A DNA stretch of 64,000 nucleotides, taken from positions 5,596 through 69,595 of the forward strand of contig DAOMYL010000003.1 in assembly GCA_035437565.1 (NCBI GenBank), read 5' to 3'. Position numbers and translations under genes: made by a program. Below the pieces are notes generated by a model, which saw only the letters and a list, made by a program, of their open reading frames with translations, ran no database searches and was not told where the DNA came from. This DNA is from a bacterium. Lineage in GTDB: Bacteria; Patescibacteriota; Gracilibacteria; BD1-5; UBA2023. Below, piece by piece: positions 21,636 through 33,435 of this stretch (its first letter is position 1; the number at the start of each line of letters is the position of its first letter).

Positions 21636-24600
21636 ATGACCACCGGAAATACCAATACCCTTAACTCCGCCAATGAAAATATCCGGCGTCAAGCCGAGAC
21701 TCCGGAAGCCCGGCGCGAACGCCTGAGAAGGAGGCTGCTCTCGGAAGTCCTGGAGGAGCGGATCCACCGAGGTGAATGAACCGCCGGGAAGGGGTTGGAG
21801 TATTACGACCGCGTCAAATCGGAGTCGGGATATCTATCGATACGCGCTGATATGCGCTCCTATCTCGCATCCGCCGACCCTGAAACACTCGATGATGCCC
21901 TCAGAGAGATCACTCCCGCCGAAATCGCCGAACTCGTGAGCGGAATCCCCGATGACGACATACGGCATACGCTCATGCGGTACGGTGCCTCTATCGAATC
22001 CGATCGTGAAGCAGCTCTCGAACGGATCAAGGGAGAGTATTCCCTCGTACCGGCAGACTTCCAGACGATCCGGGGTTTCATTGCCACGGCGAGCCGCGAA
22101 GATCTCACAGCTATGGCCAAGAACAAAGCCGCTCGCAAACGCGTGATCCAGACGAAGGCTCACGTGAACCTAGAAGGACGCGACCGAAACATTGCGAGTA
22201 TCCTCGATGAGATCGGACTCAACCAGGTAAGCAAGCCTCTGAACGATACGGACAAGGCTCTGATTCGGCGACTCATGTACCCAGGAGGGGGTGATGTTCG
22301 ATTCGTATCATCCGCCGATGTGAAGCGTCTATTTCAGATCCTCGACTTCACTAATGCTGCCAACCGCAATGCAAAATCTCGCAAGGCACTGCGGAATCTC
22401 TTTCGCGCATACTGTCCGATGATCCGTACTGGGACACTGCGGAAATCCGGATTGCTCACTCCCGAGACGGTACGATCCATTCGCGAAGCGATCATCCGGC
22501 ATCAGCCCGGAGACATGGAGGCGACATTCGGATCGTACATCATGGGGATCAATCTCACGGAGGAAGAAATTGTCCGTCACGATTCTATTGCCATACCATT
22601 CGACCAAATTGCCGACTCAACGATCGACCGACTCATAGATGCCGAGAATAGCGATCTCTTCGAAGCGATAGCAAAAGATTTAACGGACGAGCGGAAACCT
22701 GACCAACCACACGAATCTGGAGAGCTCGGCGAGCGCGATCCTCATGACTGGCTCATTGAATCCGAAGACGAGCGTCCGGGACGTGACAACTCCAGTGTCC
22801 CTGAGTCTTTAGGGCTCTACGAGTATCTCAACGACCATGGACAATTGGTGCCGAGACTCGCCGCAAGAATCAAAAAACTCTTTCCTCACGTCACTGGAAC
22901 CGAGAGAATCGGGGACGACACCTTCGTCATGGGGAAGATCCGCGATAAAAAAACAGGCAAAGAATCATCCGTCTACATTCAGATCCACGAAGCATTCTCC
23001 GGATGATTCCTCTCCCCAACCATCCGTATCCAAAGCCGCGGAATCATTGACGCTATCGATCTCGAAACCGACACTTCTGGTGATACGGTGGAAGAGCTCG
23101 ATTATAATGAATTCATCACAAGTCTCGGGTCCCTCGACTCGGCCGAAATTATCGACCGCACGGAACTCGACCGCCGTCTCCAGATCAACAGAAATATCGA
23201 ATCCGGACAGCAGGTATCGGATGAAGACCGAAAACTCGCAGTCGCCGACTACGTGCCATCGACCAACATCCGGACGATTCACGAACTCGCACGCCATCTC
23301 AACGAAATTGACTCGACCAGATCGGTAACGGAATTCGGCGTTGGATCGAGTTTCGACTTCGGAAATCCGAAGAGACCCGATGGATACGAGACATTCTCCG
23401 TTACGGCCATCAACGAGCCCTCATCATTAATCACCATAAATGACGGAGCCGGCAATTCATTCACCGTATCGTTTACCGAGTTCTACGCACAATTCTCGGC
23501 TCTGAAAGCGGCTCGTTTCTCCGACCCTCTGAATACTGCTGATGGCGTGGTAAAGACACTCGGATCGGAGCTCAGCGGAAATAAGTCGGATGCCTGGAGA
23601 AAGATCGCATACGCGAACGGCGAATTCCGGGACTCGTCCTCTGTGGGCGATGGTGCGAATCCTTCCGAAGAACTGAAAAAGCCGTTCCGATTCTTCCAGC
23701 AAGGGGACACACTCGTCGAAATTGTCAAATCCGCTCCGGGATACGTCACGTTCGTCCGACACGAGGGTTTCACGCCGGAAAAAGTCGAGAAGGACAAGGT
23801 GACTCCGGCGACTTCCAAGAAAGCCTGGAGGTACGAGCGGGTTGGGTACGAGAAGCTCTATCAAGTATTGCGGACCTATGAGTGTGAGCCAACAAGACTC
23901 TCGCATGAGATCGGTGGAATCGATAGGAAATTCGACATCCAGGAAGAATGATCTCCGATCAAAGGACTCTTCAAGAACAAACTCAGCATCCGCGATATTA
24001 TTGGCGCGTTCAAGCAAGGGTCTGAATATTTCAATAACAAACTTGAGAAGAACGATACCATCAACCAGGCGAAGCTGCTCTCCTCGGTATTCAAGCACAT
24101 GCCGGACTGGCTCTTCTCCGAGGCCGACAAGCTCAAGCTCAAGAGTCAATTGCATGGGGAAGTAGAGAAAAAAATCGATGAAGTGAAGGGCATGCTCGAA
24201 AAGAGCATGTCGGGGCTCGACCGGCGCAAACTCACCGAGAAAATGCTCCTCAACCGGAACACGAAAATGCCGGAACTCATGGGTGCCATGCTCGTAACGC
24301 TCGAGAAGTGAGGAGGAATGCTCTACGCCGAACCGCCTCTCTCCAAGTACGAATGAACCGGGCTCTGGTTCAAGCGGTTTGCTGGTCTTCCACCAAACTG
24401 CGACCATACGAAGACGCAGAAGTGGAAGGAATACTACCAGGAAGCCATGGACTTCCGCGACTCGGAAGCCGGAAAACAGCTCAATCTCTCCGGGGAAGTT
24501 ACCGAGATCGAGATCATCTGGACCTGGGCTCGCAAAGTGGAGAAGGACGGAGATGCGACATTCATCCCAAACTTCGGCCCGCGCGTATTTCGAGCATGGG

Positions 24601-25961
24601 CTGAATGACGCCAGGCCGAAACCGAAAAAGGCAAGCGCGAGGCCGACAACTACGGAGACCCAGGGAAACGATTGACCTACGCGCTCAACAAGGCGCGCGA
24701 AGGACTATGGTATTGCGCGATGGGAGACTACAACAAATCGGGGGACGGTGCCGCCATGCAATCGATCATCAACAAGGGATGAGATGACTACCTCAACGGC
24801 GCATTTCCGTTCGTAGCGATCATGGGAAATGCCTCCAAGATGGTGCCGATCGGAGTCTTCAACAAACTGCGTGTCAGCATGGCTATGGGAGGGAAATATA
24901 CCTACCCTCCCTTCATGTTCATGAAGAATCATGACGATATGAAGCTCTTCCGGCGAGTCGTGGAGAAGCTCATAGCAAAACACGGAAGTCAAAAGGCGAA
25001 AGAGCTTGTCCAAAAAATCGCCTACATCCGCGATGAGCATCCCGGAGCCACATACGATGGGCAACCCGTTAACCAAATCCTGGTGGATCTCACGCACCAG
25101 CTCTGGAAAGACCATTGACGCGACATGGATCTCATGCAGAAGCTCAACGTCTTCCGAGACCGCACCCTCATAGCCGAACGACATAATGACCCGGATTTCG
25201 ATCGATATATCCGGAATATGGAGTGATTTTACAGCGATAGCGAGTGGTCGAAAGGAAGCGCGGAGAACGAGAGCGAACGCCAAAACGAAGTCTACGCTGG
25301 AAACCACACCCCTCCGCGCGTAGACGTGATCGCGAAGTGGATACACTTCAGCGACCAGACAAGCGGCATGGACAGCAAGTCGAGTAAACTCTGGACGCAG
25401 GTCCTCTCACACCTCGACATGATCAAGACACTCAAAGACCCGCGCGTCCGAAGCGACGATGCTCAGGCCGAAGCAAAGCACGATCTCTACCGGAAGAAAC
25501 TCTTTGCCGAGTATCAGCACGCCATCGCCAAGGAAATCATGGACGAGACCAACCAGCACAACGACTACACGAGAACCCAGAAGTACGCGAAGGAGCTTAT
25601 CGAGAAGTATGGATTCGATGAGACCCTCTTCGTACCGGAGATGCTCCGGACCCACCCCGACCCGGAAAAGCGCGTAAAAGAGCTCCGCGAGCAACGGGAG
25701 CCTCTCGAGATTCTCGAATTCGATTCATACCAGTATGCCGAAGATGGCGCATACGACCGGTATGTCTCGGAACCTGGAATCAATGCGATCGAGAAACGAT
25801 CGTTCCAAGACCGGTTCAATACGTTTATGGGGCGGAGTTCCACCACAGTCTCCACCGGAGAGACTGGACCAATCAAGTTTTGAGCACTCGGACGAAAAGT
25901 CGCTGAGCAAGTCGCAGGATCGGTCGCGAACGACCAAGATGAATGGCGACGCGCAGCCTAG
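21636..25961 (+). CDS. giant hypothetical protein (about 1441 aa), no signal peptide, about ten in-frame TGA
   Basis: Track ORFs 21795..23006, 23088..23951, 24099..24311, 24822..25118 and 25326..25883 are all in frame 0. I translated every gap and found only TGA interruptions. TAG at 25959-25961. The frame is also open upstream to ATG 21636 (MTTGNTNTLNSANENIRRQAETPEARRER); other candidate ATGs at 21597 and 21561. Confidence 0.75.
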
Positions 25962-26239
25962 ACATTCTTTCGTCGTATTCGTACGATCTTGCGCTCGTCT
26001 CAGGCACCAGAAATGATCGAGAGTTCCCACTCCTTATCGAGCGAGAGCTCATCGGCGAGCCACGACAGGAGTGCCGCGTTGGCGCGTCCACGCTCTGGTG
26101 CTGCCGCTATCCGGATCTTGTGGGTCCCATCATCCATAGTGCCCGCATACTCAGCGCGCTTCGAACGCGGAACAACTTTGATTGGCAGGTAAACGGGATC
26201 TCCGGTTTGGGGAATTTTGACAATATCCGATAAGCGCAT
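25958..26239 (-). CDS. DUF167 (YggU) family protein
   Basis: KIRIAAAPERGRANAALLSWLADELSLDKEWELSIISGA[G]DERKIVRI matches the DUF167 pattern. TGA at 26000. TAG stop overlaps the stop of the giant ORF. Confidence 0.75.
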
Positions 26240-26292
26240 ATTCTTGGTCTCAAGATGATGGTGCGATTATATGGATTTTTCGACTTTTTCGC

Positions 26293-27423
26293 ATGCGAAT
26301 AGGGATTGATTGCCGGTTCTTTTCCACGGAGTACTCCGGGATCGGCCGGTACGTGGAAGAGCTTGTCCGAGCACTCGAGCGTCTGGACACGGAAAACGAG
26401 TATATACTCTTCATGAAAAGCAAGGCCTACGAAACGTACCGACCCTCGCGAGCAAATTTTCGCGCGGTACGGACGGATATCCCCCACTACTCTCTGCGCG
26501 AACAGGTGGAGCTCCCGATCGCCATAGCAAGCGAGAAACTCGATCTCATGCACTACACCCACTTCAATGCCCCGATATTTCCAGGACGGACTCCGGTCGT
26601 GGTAACGATTCACGACCTTACGCTCTCGTTCTATCCGGGTCAGAATAAGACGAGTGCGTTTCATGCTTGGGCCTATCGCCTCACTATCTCATCCATTACG
26701 CGGCGAGCAAAACAAATCATCGCGATCACCGGACATACGCGCAAGGATCTCAACGAAATACTCAACGTGGATCTCGAGAAAATCTCGGTCGTCTACAATG
26801 GTGTTGATGTCGCACCTTTTCGCCGAGAGGTCTCCGAAGACCTCTGGACTCGCTACGTCGCGGAGAAATGACTCAGACTCCCCTACTTGCTGTCAGCCGG
26901 CGTACACCGGGAACACAAGAACCTCCCGCGCCTCATCCGGGCATATGCTTCGATGATCCGCAATAACCCGGACATACCGCATGATCTCATCCTCGTGGGC
27001 AAAGAAGATGCCCGACACTCAGCTCGCAGTATCGCACTCCAGCATGGCATAGAGAAGCGAGTGCATGTACTCGGATACGTACCGGACGATGAGCTCGCAG
27101 CAATTTATCGCCATGCGGATGCCTACGTATTTCCATCGCTCTACGAAGGCTTCGGACTCCCGATTCTTGAGGCCATGGCAGCAGGACTCCCTGTTGCTTG
27201 CTCGAATAACTCCTGTCTCCCCGAGGTAGCCGGAGCAGGAAATGCTATCTTCTTCGATCCGTTTCGTGAGCGAGAAATTGAATCAGCAATGCTTGGTCTC
27301 ATCCGCGATCAAAATCTCCGGGAGTCTCTCCGTGAAGCCGGGACTCATCGGGTGGAAGATTTTTCGTGGGAGAAGATGGCTCGAGAAACGCTGACAGTTT
27401 ACAAAAGCATCGCAAATATATAG
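26293..27423 (+). CDS. GT4-family (GT-B) glycosyltransferase
   Basis: MRIGIDCRFFSTEYSGIGRYVEEL N-terminal half. C-terminal half has HVLGYVPDDELAAIYRHADAYVFPSLYEGFGLPILEAMAAGLPV (the E-x7-E region). One TGA at 26869. Confidence 0.88.
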
Positions 27424-27490
27424 TATCTACCATTTGCTAAATTGCTTTAATTAAGTATTATTTACACTAAATTAAAGTAACATACGTCCT

Positions 27491-27973
27491 ATGAGTATGA
27501 TTGTTACAAAACCAGCAGCTGACGAGGAGTTCGGTATGAGCGATTGGCTGAGGCTCATTGAATCACTTTCACCTAGGAATCATGCCTCTGTTTTGTCAAT
27601 AATTGATATATTACCGCCAGAAGATGCATTCAATCAACTCTCGGACGACGAACTTATAGACGTCACACGACGTTTTGCCTCTGTTCTTAATCGCATCTCG
27701 ACATATGGCCACCTCGGAGGGAGGATTTGAGGAGCATGTGCTCAAATCGATATGCTCAATGCTCGATTTGAAGGTGAAATTCTAAAACTCGAACCAGTCC
27801 TCACAATGATTGCGAGAGGTCCACATTCTGACAACACACGAACAAGTATTCTCGCAATATTTGCAAATATACGATTCCTAGTCGCTCTCATTGCCCCAAT
27901 TGTACAAGCTCTGAATCAACAATCTATCGCGGGGCAGGTTATTGAGCTCTTGGAACGAGACAAAATTATTTAG
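27491..27973 (+). CDS. hypothetical protein (160 aa) in a compositionally atypical AT-rich islet
   Basis: Track ORFs 27491..27730 and 27752..27973 share a frame; TGA at 27728. A/T-ending codons are favoured, unlike the neighbours. Preceded by a very AT-rich 67-nt leader. Confidence 0.55.
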
Positions 27974-29070
27974 AGTTGATAGAATCGACACTCGATCGCC
28001 CCATTTCGGAGCTTGCGATTGCGGTATTCCCGAGCATCCACGATCGGATACGATGTAATGAATCCACCTGATACTCCGTCACGCTGAAACATATTCGACA
28101 ACTCCCGATAGAGCTCGGGGAGATTGTCAGATTTTAGACGATTCCCATACGGGGGATTCGTCACGCAATGAAATGGAGCCGGATAGTCACGGACACTCTC
28201 AGGAAACGGTGCCGTCTCGACCGAAATACATGCAAGCAATCAGGCACGATCGACATTCTCCCAAGCAACCTCGGCCATAGTCACATCCGCGTCGATACAG
28301 CGAATTGAGAGTCCTTCTGGAGTCTTCGCGCGGGCATCGAGTGCCACCCTCTGTGAGACGAATGTTTCAGGTGTATGACAGAGAAATCGCTCGAACGCAA
28401 ACGATCGAATCGTATTGGGCGGAATATTCAGGGCGATCTGCGCCGCCTCGATGGCGATGGTGCCACTTCCTCCGAATGGATCGACGAATGGCATGGATCC
28501 GTCCCATCCCGACAGGAGCACGAGCCCGGCGGCGAGGGTTTCCTTTATCGGGGCCTCCCCAGCCCTCGGGCGGTACCCGCGCTTGTGCAGAGGTGCACCG
28601 GACGTATCGAGCATGATCCATGCCTCGTCCCGCAGAATCAGCGCGAGCACATCAGAAGGCTCCTCATCATCGCGTTCGTCGCCTGGCAAACTCCGGATCC
28701 GGTCGCCGATAGCCCGGCGGACGAGCTTCTGCATGGTCGGCTCGCTATCGAGGACGGACGAGACGCTCGATGCATGGATCCGTACCGGCCGCTCCCGCGG
28801 CACGAATTTCTCCCACTCTCCTCACCTCGCGAGCTCATAGAGCCGATCGAAGTGGTCACATCGTGCGCTGTGCGCCATGACCCGCCAGATCCGCTGGGCC
28901 GTGCGTACGGCCATATTGACCCGCATCATGCCAGCATCATCCGCCTCGAAAAACACCAATCGATTCTCGACACGAGTTGTATAGACCGCGAGAGCACGCA
29001 GCTCTTTTTCGAGAATCTTTTCGAGACCGGTCGGACAGGTTGCGGCGTAAAGGGGCTTGTTGGATTCCAT
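27970..29070 (-). CDS. THUMP-domain class I SAM-dependent RNA methyltransferase (RlmL/COG0116-like)
   Basis: LYAATCPTGLEKILEKEL THUMP N-terminus, SAM motif DPFGGSGTIAIEAA and catalytic NPPYGNRL. Same-frame merge of 28822..29184, 28240..28803 and 27970..28239 through TGA at 28822 and 28240. Start moved to MESNKPLY. Confidence 0.85.
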
Positions 29071-29090
29071 GAAGATACTTATATGCTGAT

Positions 29091-29744
29091 CTATCGGGGC
29101 ATTTCGAGTATCTCTGCGGAAATCTCGAATATTAATACTTCCCCATCGCGCACAGCGATGAATGGGATTTTGTTCTCTATGCAATATTGAATCTCCCGAT
29201 CGGTACTCTCAGACTCAGAATGATTAGATTTATAGTGTGGCTCAAATGCGTAGGAAATGCATCCGAGACCCTCATACAAAGTCTCTTGAATCTCCTGATA
29301 TGGAAAGTTATCGGGATCGTCAGTAATCGCATATACACGCAAATTACTGGAAAGCACGCACCCCGCTGCGCTGTATCATCCATAGACGAAATCGGATCGA
29401 GCAAGCAGTCTCGGGAAAATCGTATCGAATCCCGAGAGTCGCATCGTCTGTCGCAGGACAAAGGTATTTCCTCCACTCACCCACACCCCAGCGAGGGTGT
29501 CGAGTTTTGCAATCAGCCCTTCGGTATTGCCGAAATATTCCCGCAGATCGAGAAGCTCTGGCTCCAGACCGAGAGACGCAAGTCCCGCCATATCATTGCG
29601 AGTACGCTCATTTTTTCGTGCCGGATCAGCACCGACAAAATCTCGTGCGTTCGGGATGTATGCAATTCGCTTATTTGCACCAAAGAGAGAGGCGAGACGT
29701 TCTGGATTCTCGCCCAGTTCGTATGATGAGAGATAAAATTGCAT
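29091..29744 (-). CDS. S51 peptidase (dipeptidase E-like)
   Basis: VWVSGGNTF, VYG[G]YSAGA (nucleophile Ser) and FEPHYKSNH. TGA at 29376. Start MQFYLSSYELG lies 4 nt after the ppa stop. Confidence 0.75.
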
Positions 29745-29748
29745 AAGA

Positions 29749-30336
29749 CTACGCAGCGAGTTTCGGCGCGTACTCTGTCGCGTATCGCTCGATGCACTCG
29801 TCAAGAATCTTGCGAGCCTCATCAACTCCGAAGAATCCCTCGACCTTGCCGGTGCCAGGCTTCTTCATGTCCTTGTAGTGCTCCCAGTAGTAGGTGGATT
29901 CCTTCACGAAGTATTCCCCGAGATCCTCGTAGGTCTTGATGTGGTCGAATCGCTTGTCGGCCGAGAGCACCGCGATGATCTTGTCATCCTGCTCTCCCCC
30001 GTCCACGAATTTCATCACGCCGATGATACGAGCCTCGGCCAGAGACCCGGGCACAAGCGGTTCGGTCACATTAGGAATGAGGATGTCGAGCGGATCACCG
30101 TCGAGGTCCCACGTACCAGGAATCGCCCCATAGACGAACGGGTATGTCATGGGCGAGTATCCCACACGATCGAGTTTCAGGTGTCCGGTCTCCGTAATGA
30201 TCTCGTACTTGTTGAGCGATCCAGCATTGATCTCTACGATCATATTCACACTCTCGCGCGAGTCGTCCGTGTATGCGGGCAGGATATGCAGGAGGTTCGC
30301 CATCGTCTTGGAAGGCTTGATGTCGATGTTTGCCAT
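29749..30336 (-). CDS. ppa: inorganic pyrophosphatase (family I)
   Basis: VNMIVEINAGSLNKYEI, DRVGYSPMTYPFVYGAIPGTWDLDGDPLDILI and DDKIIAVL. Start moved to MANIDIKPS. Confidence 0.9.
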   Translation of the reverse strand: MANIDIKPSKTMANLLHILPAYTDDSRESVNMIVEINAGSLNKYEIITETGHLKLDRVGYSPMTYPFVYGAIPGTWDLDGDPLDILIPNVTEPLVPGSLAEARIIGVMKFVDGGEQDDKIIAVLSADKRFDHIKTYEDLGEYFVKESTYYWEHYKDMKKPGTGKVEGFFGVDEARKILDECIERYATEYAPKLAA

Positions 30337-30346
30337 GGTGTCAGGG

Positions 30347-33300
30347 CTAGTTGGTAAACTTGGTTGGATCGTACGGAAGCGCACGCATCGCATCCCGCAC
30401 GTACTGGGTGTAGAGCCCATCGGGATTGTCGATCCCGAGAATGCTCGCCGAGAATCGCGAGAGCGAGTCCCGAGTAACGCCCCCGTAGTAGCCAGTCGTA
30501 GGGGTATCGGCGGGGAAGTACCCGTAGGCCTTCAGAACCGACTGGAGGATCCGGATACCCTCGTTCGACTGCCCGAAGGCCGCACTCTCCGGGAGAGTGA
30601 CCATGTCGCCGAGCGTCTTCGCAGGTTCGGGTGTGGTGGGCACGACCGGAGTATCAATCGGAGCATCTGCGGCTGGCTGCTGGACGGGTACGGACTCGGG
30701 GATCGCGATCGCTATCTTGACCGGCGTCCGGTAGATCGCGTATGCCCGGGCGAAGGCCTGCTTCGCATCGGACTTGATTCCGGACGATGGAGACTCGCGG
30801 TAGAGTGCCATGAGCAGGACGAAGTCTTGGAATTCAGCGAGCATCTCCGAGTGCTCCGCAAGCGAGATGCTGCCACTCGACAGGAGCCTGGAATCACGCT
30901 GTGCGAACGTGCGGGAAAAAGACTTGAGCACCTTCGCGAGCTTCTCGTCCGAGGGGAGACGAATAGACCAGGTACCGGACTCGATGGTCACCGAAGATTG
31001 TAACAGCACATTCTCTACGACAGTACGAGCATCGCGCAGTGTGGGCAGTGCCTCTTGGTACGCCCGATATCCGGCAATCGCCTCAGCCTTATCCGCCGGG
31101 GATTTCGATGCTTTCCACTTGAGCGCGCGATCAAGAAGGAGTGCTACGCCGTTCGTAGCACGAGCATAGGCGGTATCTATTTCATCGATCGAGCGGTAGT
31201 GTGAGAGGTACGGGTCGTCAAGGAGAGGTAAGAGAAGTTTGTTCGCGAGCTTCACGACCGACTGGTTCACTCCGATAGAATCGAGGTAGATTGATACTTC
31301 TTCCGGAGAATCAAAGTACGCAACAGAGAGTGTTCAGGAAGAAAGGTGTGCACGGATATGCTCAGGATCTTCTTCGATACCGGATCTGTCACACCGTCCA
31401 TCGTAGCGGCTGCCGGAGAGATCCGATCCTCCACAGTCATCCGGGGTACGATCAGCCGTGGAGTTATTCGTACTCGATCCTCCACCACCTCCGCCACCCC
31501 CACCACCTCCGCCTCATCCGGACGTTGAGGAGCTTCCGGATGTGGAAGATGAAGAAGAGAGCGAAGCAACCGCAAAATACGAGAGGTGGTTCGTTGAGAA
31601 GCTACAGAGTTTCGCACCCGAGATGACACACGTTGCGGAAGGGGTATTATTTGCCCATGTATCCCCATCACGTGAACGGTAAATTCGCAGAGTCGAGCCG
31701 ACAGTGGCCGATGGCACGATGAAGGAGACTGTGAATGTGCCACCGCTCGCGGAAAGTCCGACTCCGTCCTCGGCCCCCACTGCAATGGTCTGGAGAATGG
31801 TTCCAGAATAGGTAGTGACGGTAACAACTCCGTTCGAAGTAGACTGTGTATCGAGCGCGGAAACAAGCACGCGAATATCGGCAGACACTGCGGCGTCCGG
31901 GTGAGACGAAGCGATGAGACGCGGAGCATAGAGGATTCCGGACCATGCGGATCATTCTACTGTAATGGATGCGATATTCGAGAACGCGAGGCTTCCCGTG
32001 AGGGCATCTGTATTGGCAGGGTCGCTCGCGAGGGAAAAGACGACTCCAGAGAGCGAAAAGACTGATGATACTGGCACGGTAGAACCTGTAAGCGAGATCG
32101 CTCAGGATCCGGTCGCGGGAGTGGGCGGCGTTACTGGATCGGCAGCCGTATAAAACGATCCGGTCGCCGAGGATGAATTCCCAAAATTATCCGAGAGATT
32201 GATGCGGTAGTCATAGCGCGTTCCGGATACTAGTCCTGAGAGGGTCGCGCTTCCTGTATTGGTAGACCCGGTCTCGACCGAGATAGGAAACGATCCAGCA
32301 TTCGTGTATGATCCGCCCGTACCAACCGTCACGGAGCCGGTCGCGGTCCCGGGCGTATAGTGAGTATCGGTAAAGGCAAATCGGATGATTGCGGAATCCC
32401 GACCAATATTCAATACATCCTGGTTACCGATCACGGGCGCATCGGTCTCGTAATCGGACGCTATGGAGAATGAGAGCGTCGCGCTATTGAGTGAGGTATC
32501 GGTGACGACGAGCGTATAAGACCCCGGCACAGTCACCGTGGATCCAGATGAAAACGCCCCTCCATTCAGGAGCCCCACCCCTTCAGTAAATCCGAGCGTC
32601 ACAGACCCTGTGTAGTATGTCCCATCTACGGCACCCGTGAGGTATGGAGCGGCACGATCGAGCTCATTCACAGAAGTATCGTCGAGCGTAACACCATCGA
32701 ATACTCCGCCGATCTGTGGCGCATCGTATGTCCCGTAGGTAGACGGCGCGAATGTAATAACCGCCCCAGTAGAACCCGATGCTGATCGCGAAAGAATCGT
32801 GCTTCCCCCGACCGTGAGCCCATCGAGGTCCGAGATGTCGGACAGTGGGGATGTAAAAGAGAGAAGGTACGACTCGATATAGGGAGAATCCGCATCTCCG
32901 ATCGTCTCGGCGGAGGCAATGGTATTGACCGCGATAATGCCGACTGTCACCGAGTTTCCAACCGATTGGGCTGATCCGTTGAGAATCGAGACCGTCTTGC
33001 TCCCGGCCGTAGCCGAGGGGGTGATACGATAGGTAAAATCGACCCGTGAGGTACAGGGCGCACCCGCCCCACTATAGGAGAACGCATAGCGGAAATTCCC
33101 GTCGCTCGCGTTCGAGAGAGAGTACCCACACGTGCTATTGGAGTTCGATGAAACATACTCGAATCCCGACGGCATATTGATAGAAAGTGTATCCGCTGTG
33201 GGTGATCAGGAGTTCGTCACGATCGCTGTGATACGGAATGACACGAGCGAATTTGCATTGCTGACGCCGGTGAGACTCGAGAGTCCTCCAGTGGCCGATG

Positions 33301-33430
33301 CTCATTGATTCACGATCATCGTGGGCGCGACCAGGTATGCCGCATCGGCCGATCCGCTCTGCAAGACAAACGAAAAAACAAAGAGCGCGAAACCCGCGAG
33401 AAAGCGGAGAAAACGGGAGAAGTACTGCAT
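30347..33430 (-). CDS. giant secreted surface protein (1027 aa): signal peptide, Ig/FN3-like beta-rich repeats, Ser/Gly linker, helical region, C-terminal peptidoglycan-binding domain
   Basis: Track ORFs 32102..33175, 31514..31888 and 30347..31270 share a frame. Gaps contain only TGA (33302, 33206, 32102, 31952, 31514, 31334). Signal peptide MQYFSRFLRFLAGFALFVFSFVLQSGSADA. FN3-like GTRYDYRINLSDNFGNSS. C-terminus GIRILQSVLKAYGYFPADTPTTGYYGGVTRDSLSRF is PG_binding_1-like. Confidence 0.8.
31478..31519 (-). repeat. run of 14 glycine codons, one of which is TGA
   Basis: Minus strand reads GGA TGA GGC GGA GGT GGT GGG GGT GGC GGA GGT GGT GGA GGA. It is flanked by a Ser-rich linker (SSSSSTSGSSSTS ... 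SSTNNST). Confidence 0.9.
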
Positions 33431-33435
33431 GGCTC

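Noticed and set aside
23457-24407. A 316-aa minus-strand ORF.
   Set aside because: It is antisense to giant ORF 1. Its Glu/Arg/Leu-rich composition mirrors the sense-strand codon bias. The sense frame is continuous over 4.3 kb.
27424-27975. AT-rich islet as a mobile element.
   Set aside because: No integrase or transposase, no terminal inverted or direct repeats, and no adjacent tRNA. Only the compositional anomaly can be supported.
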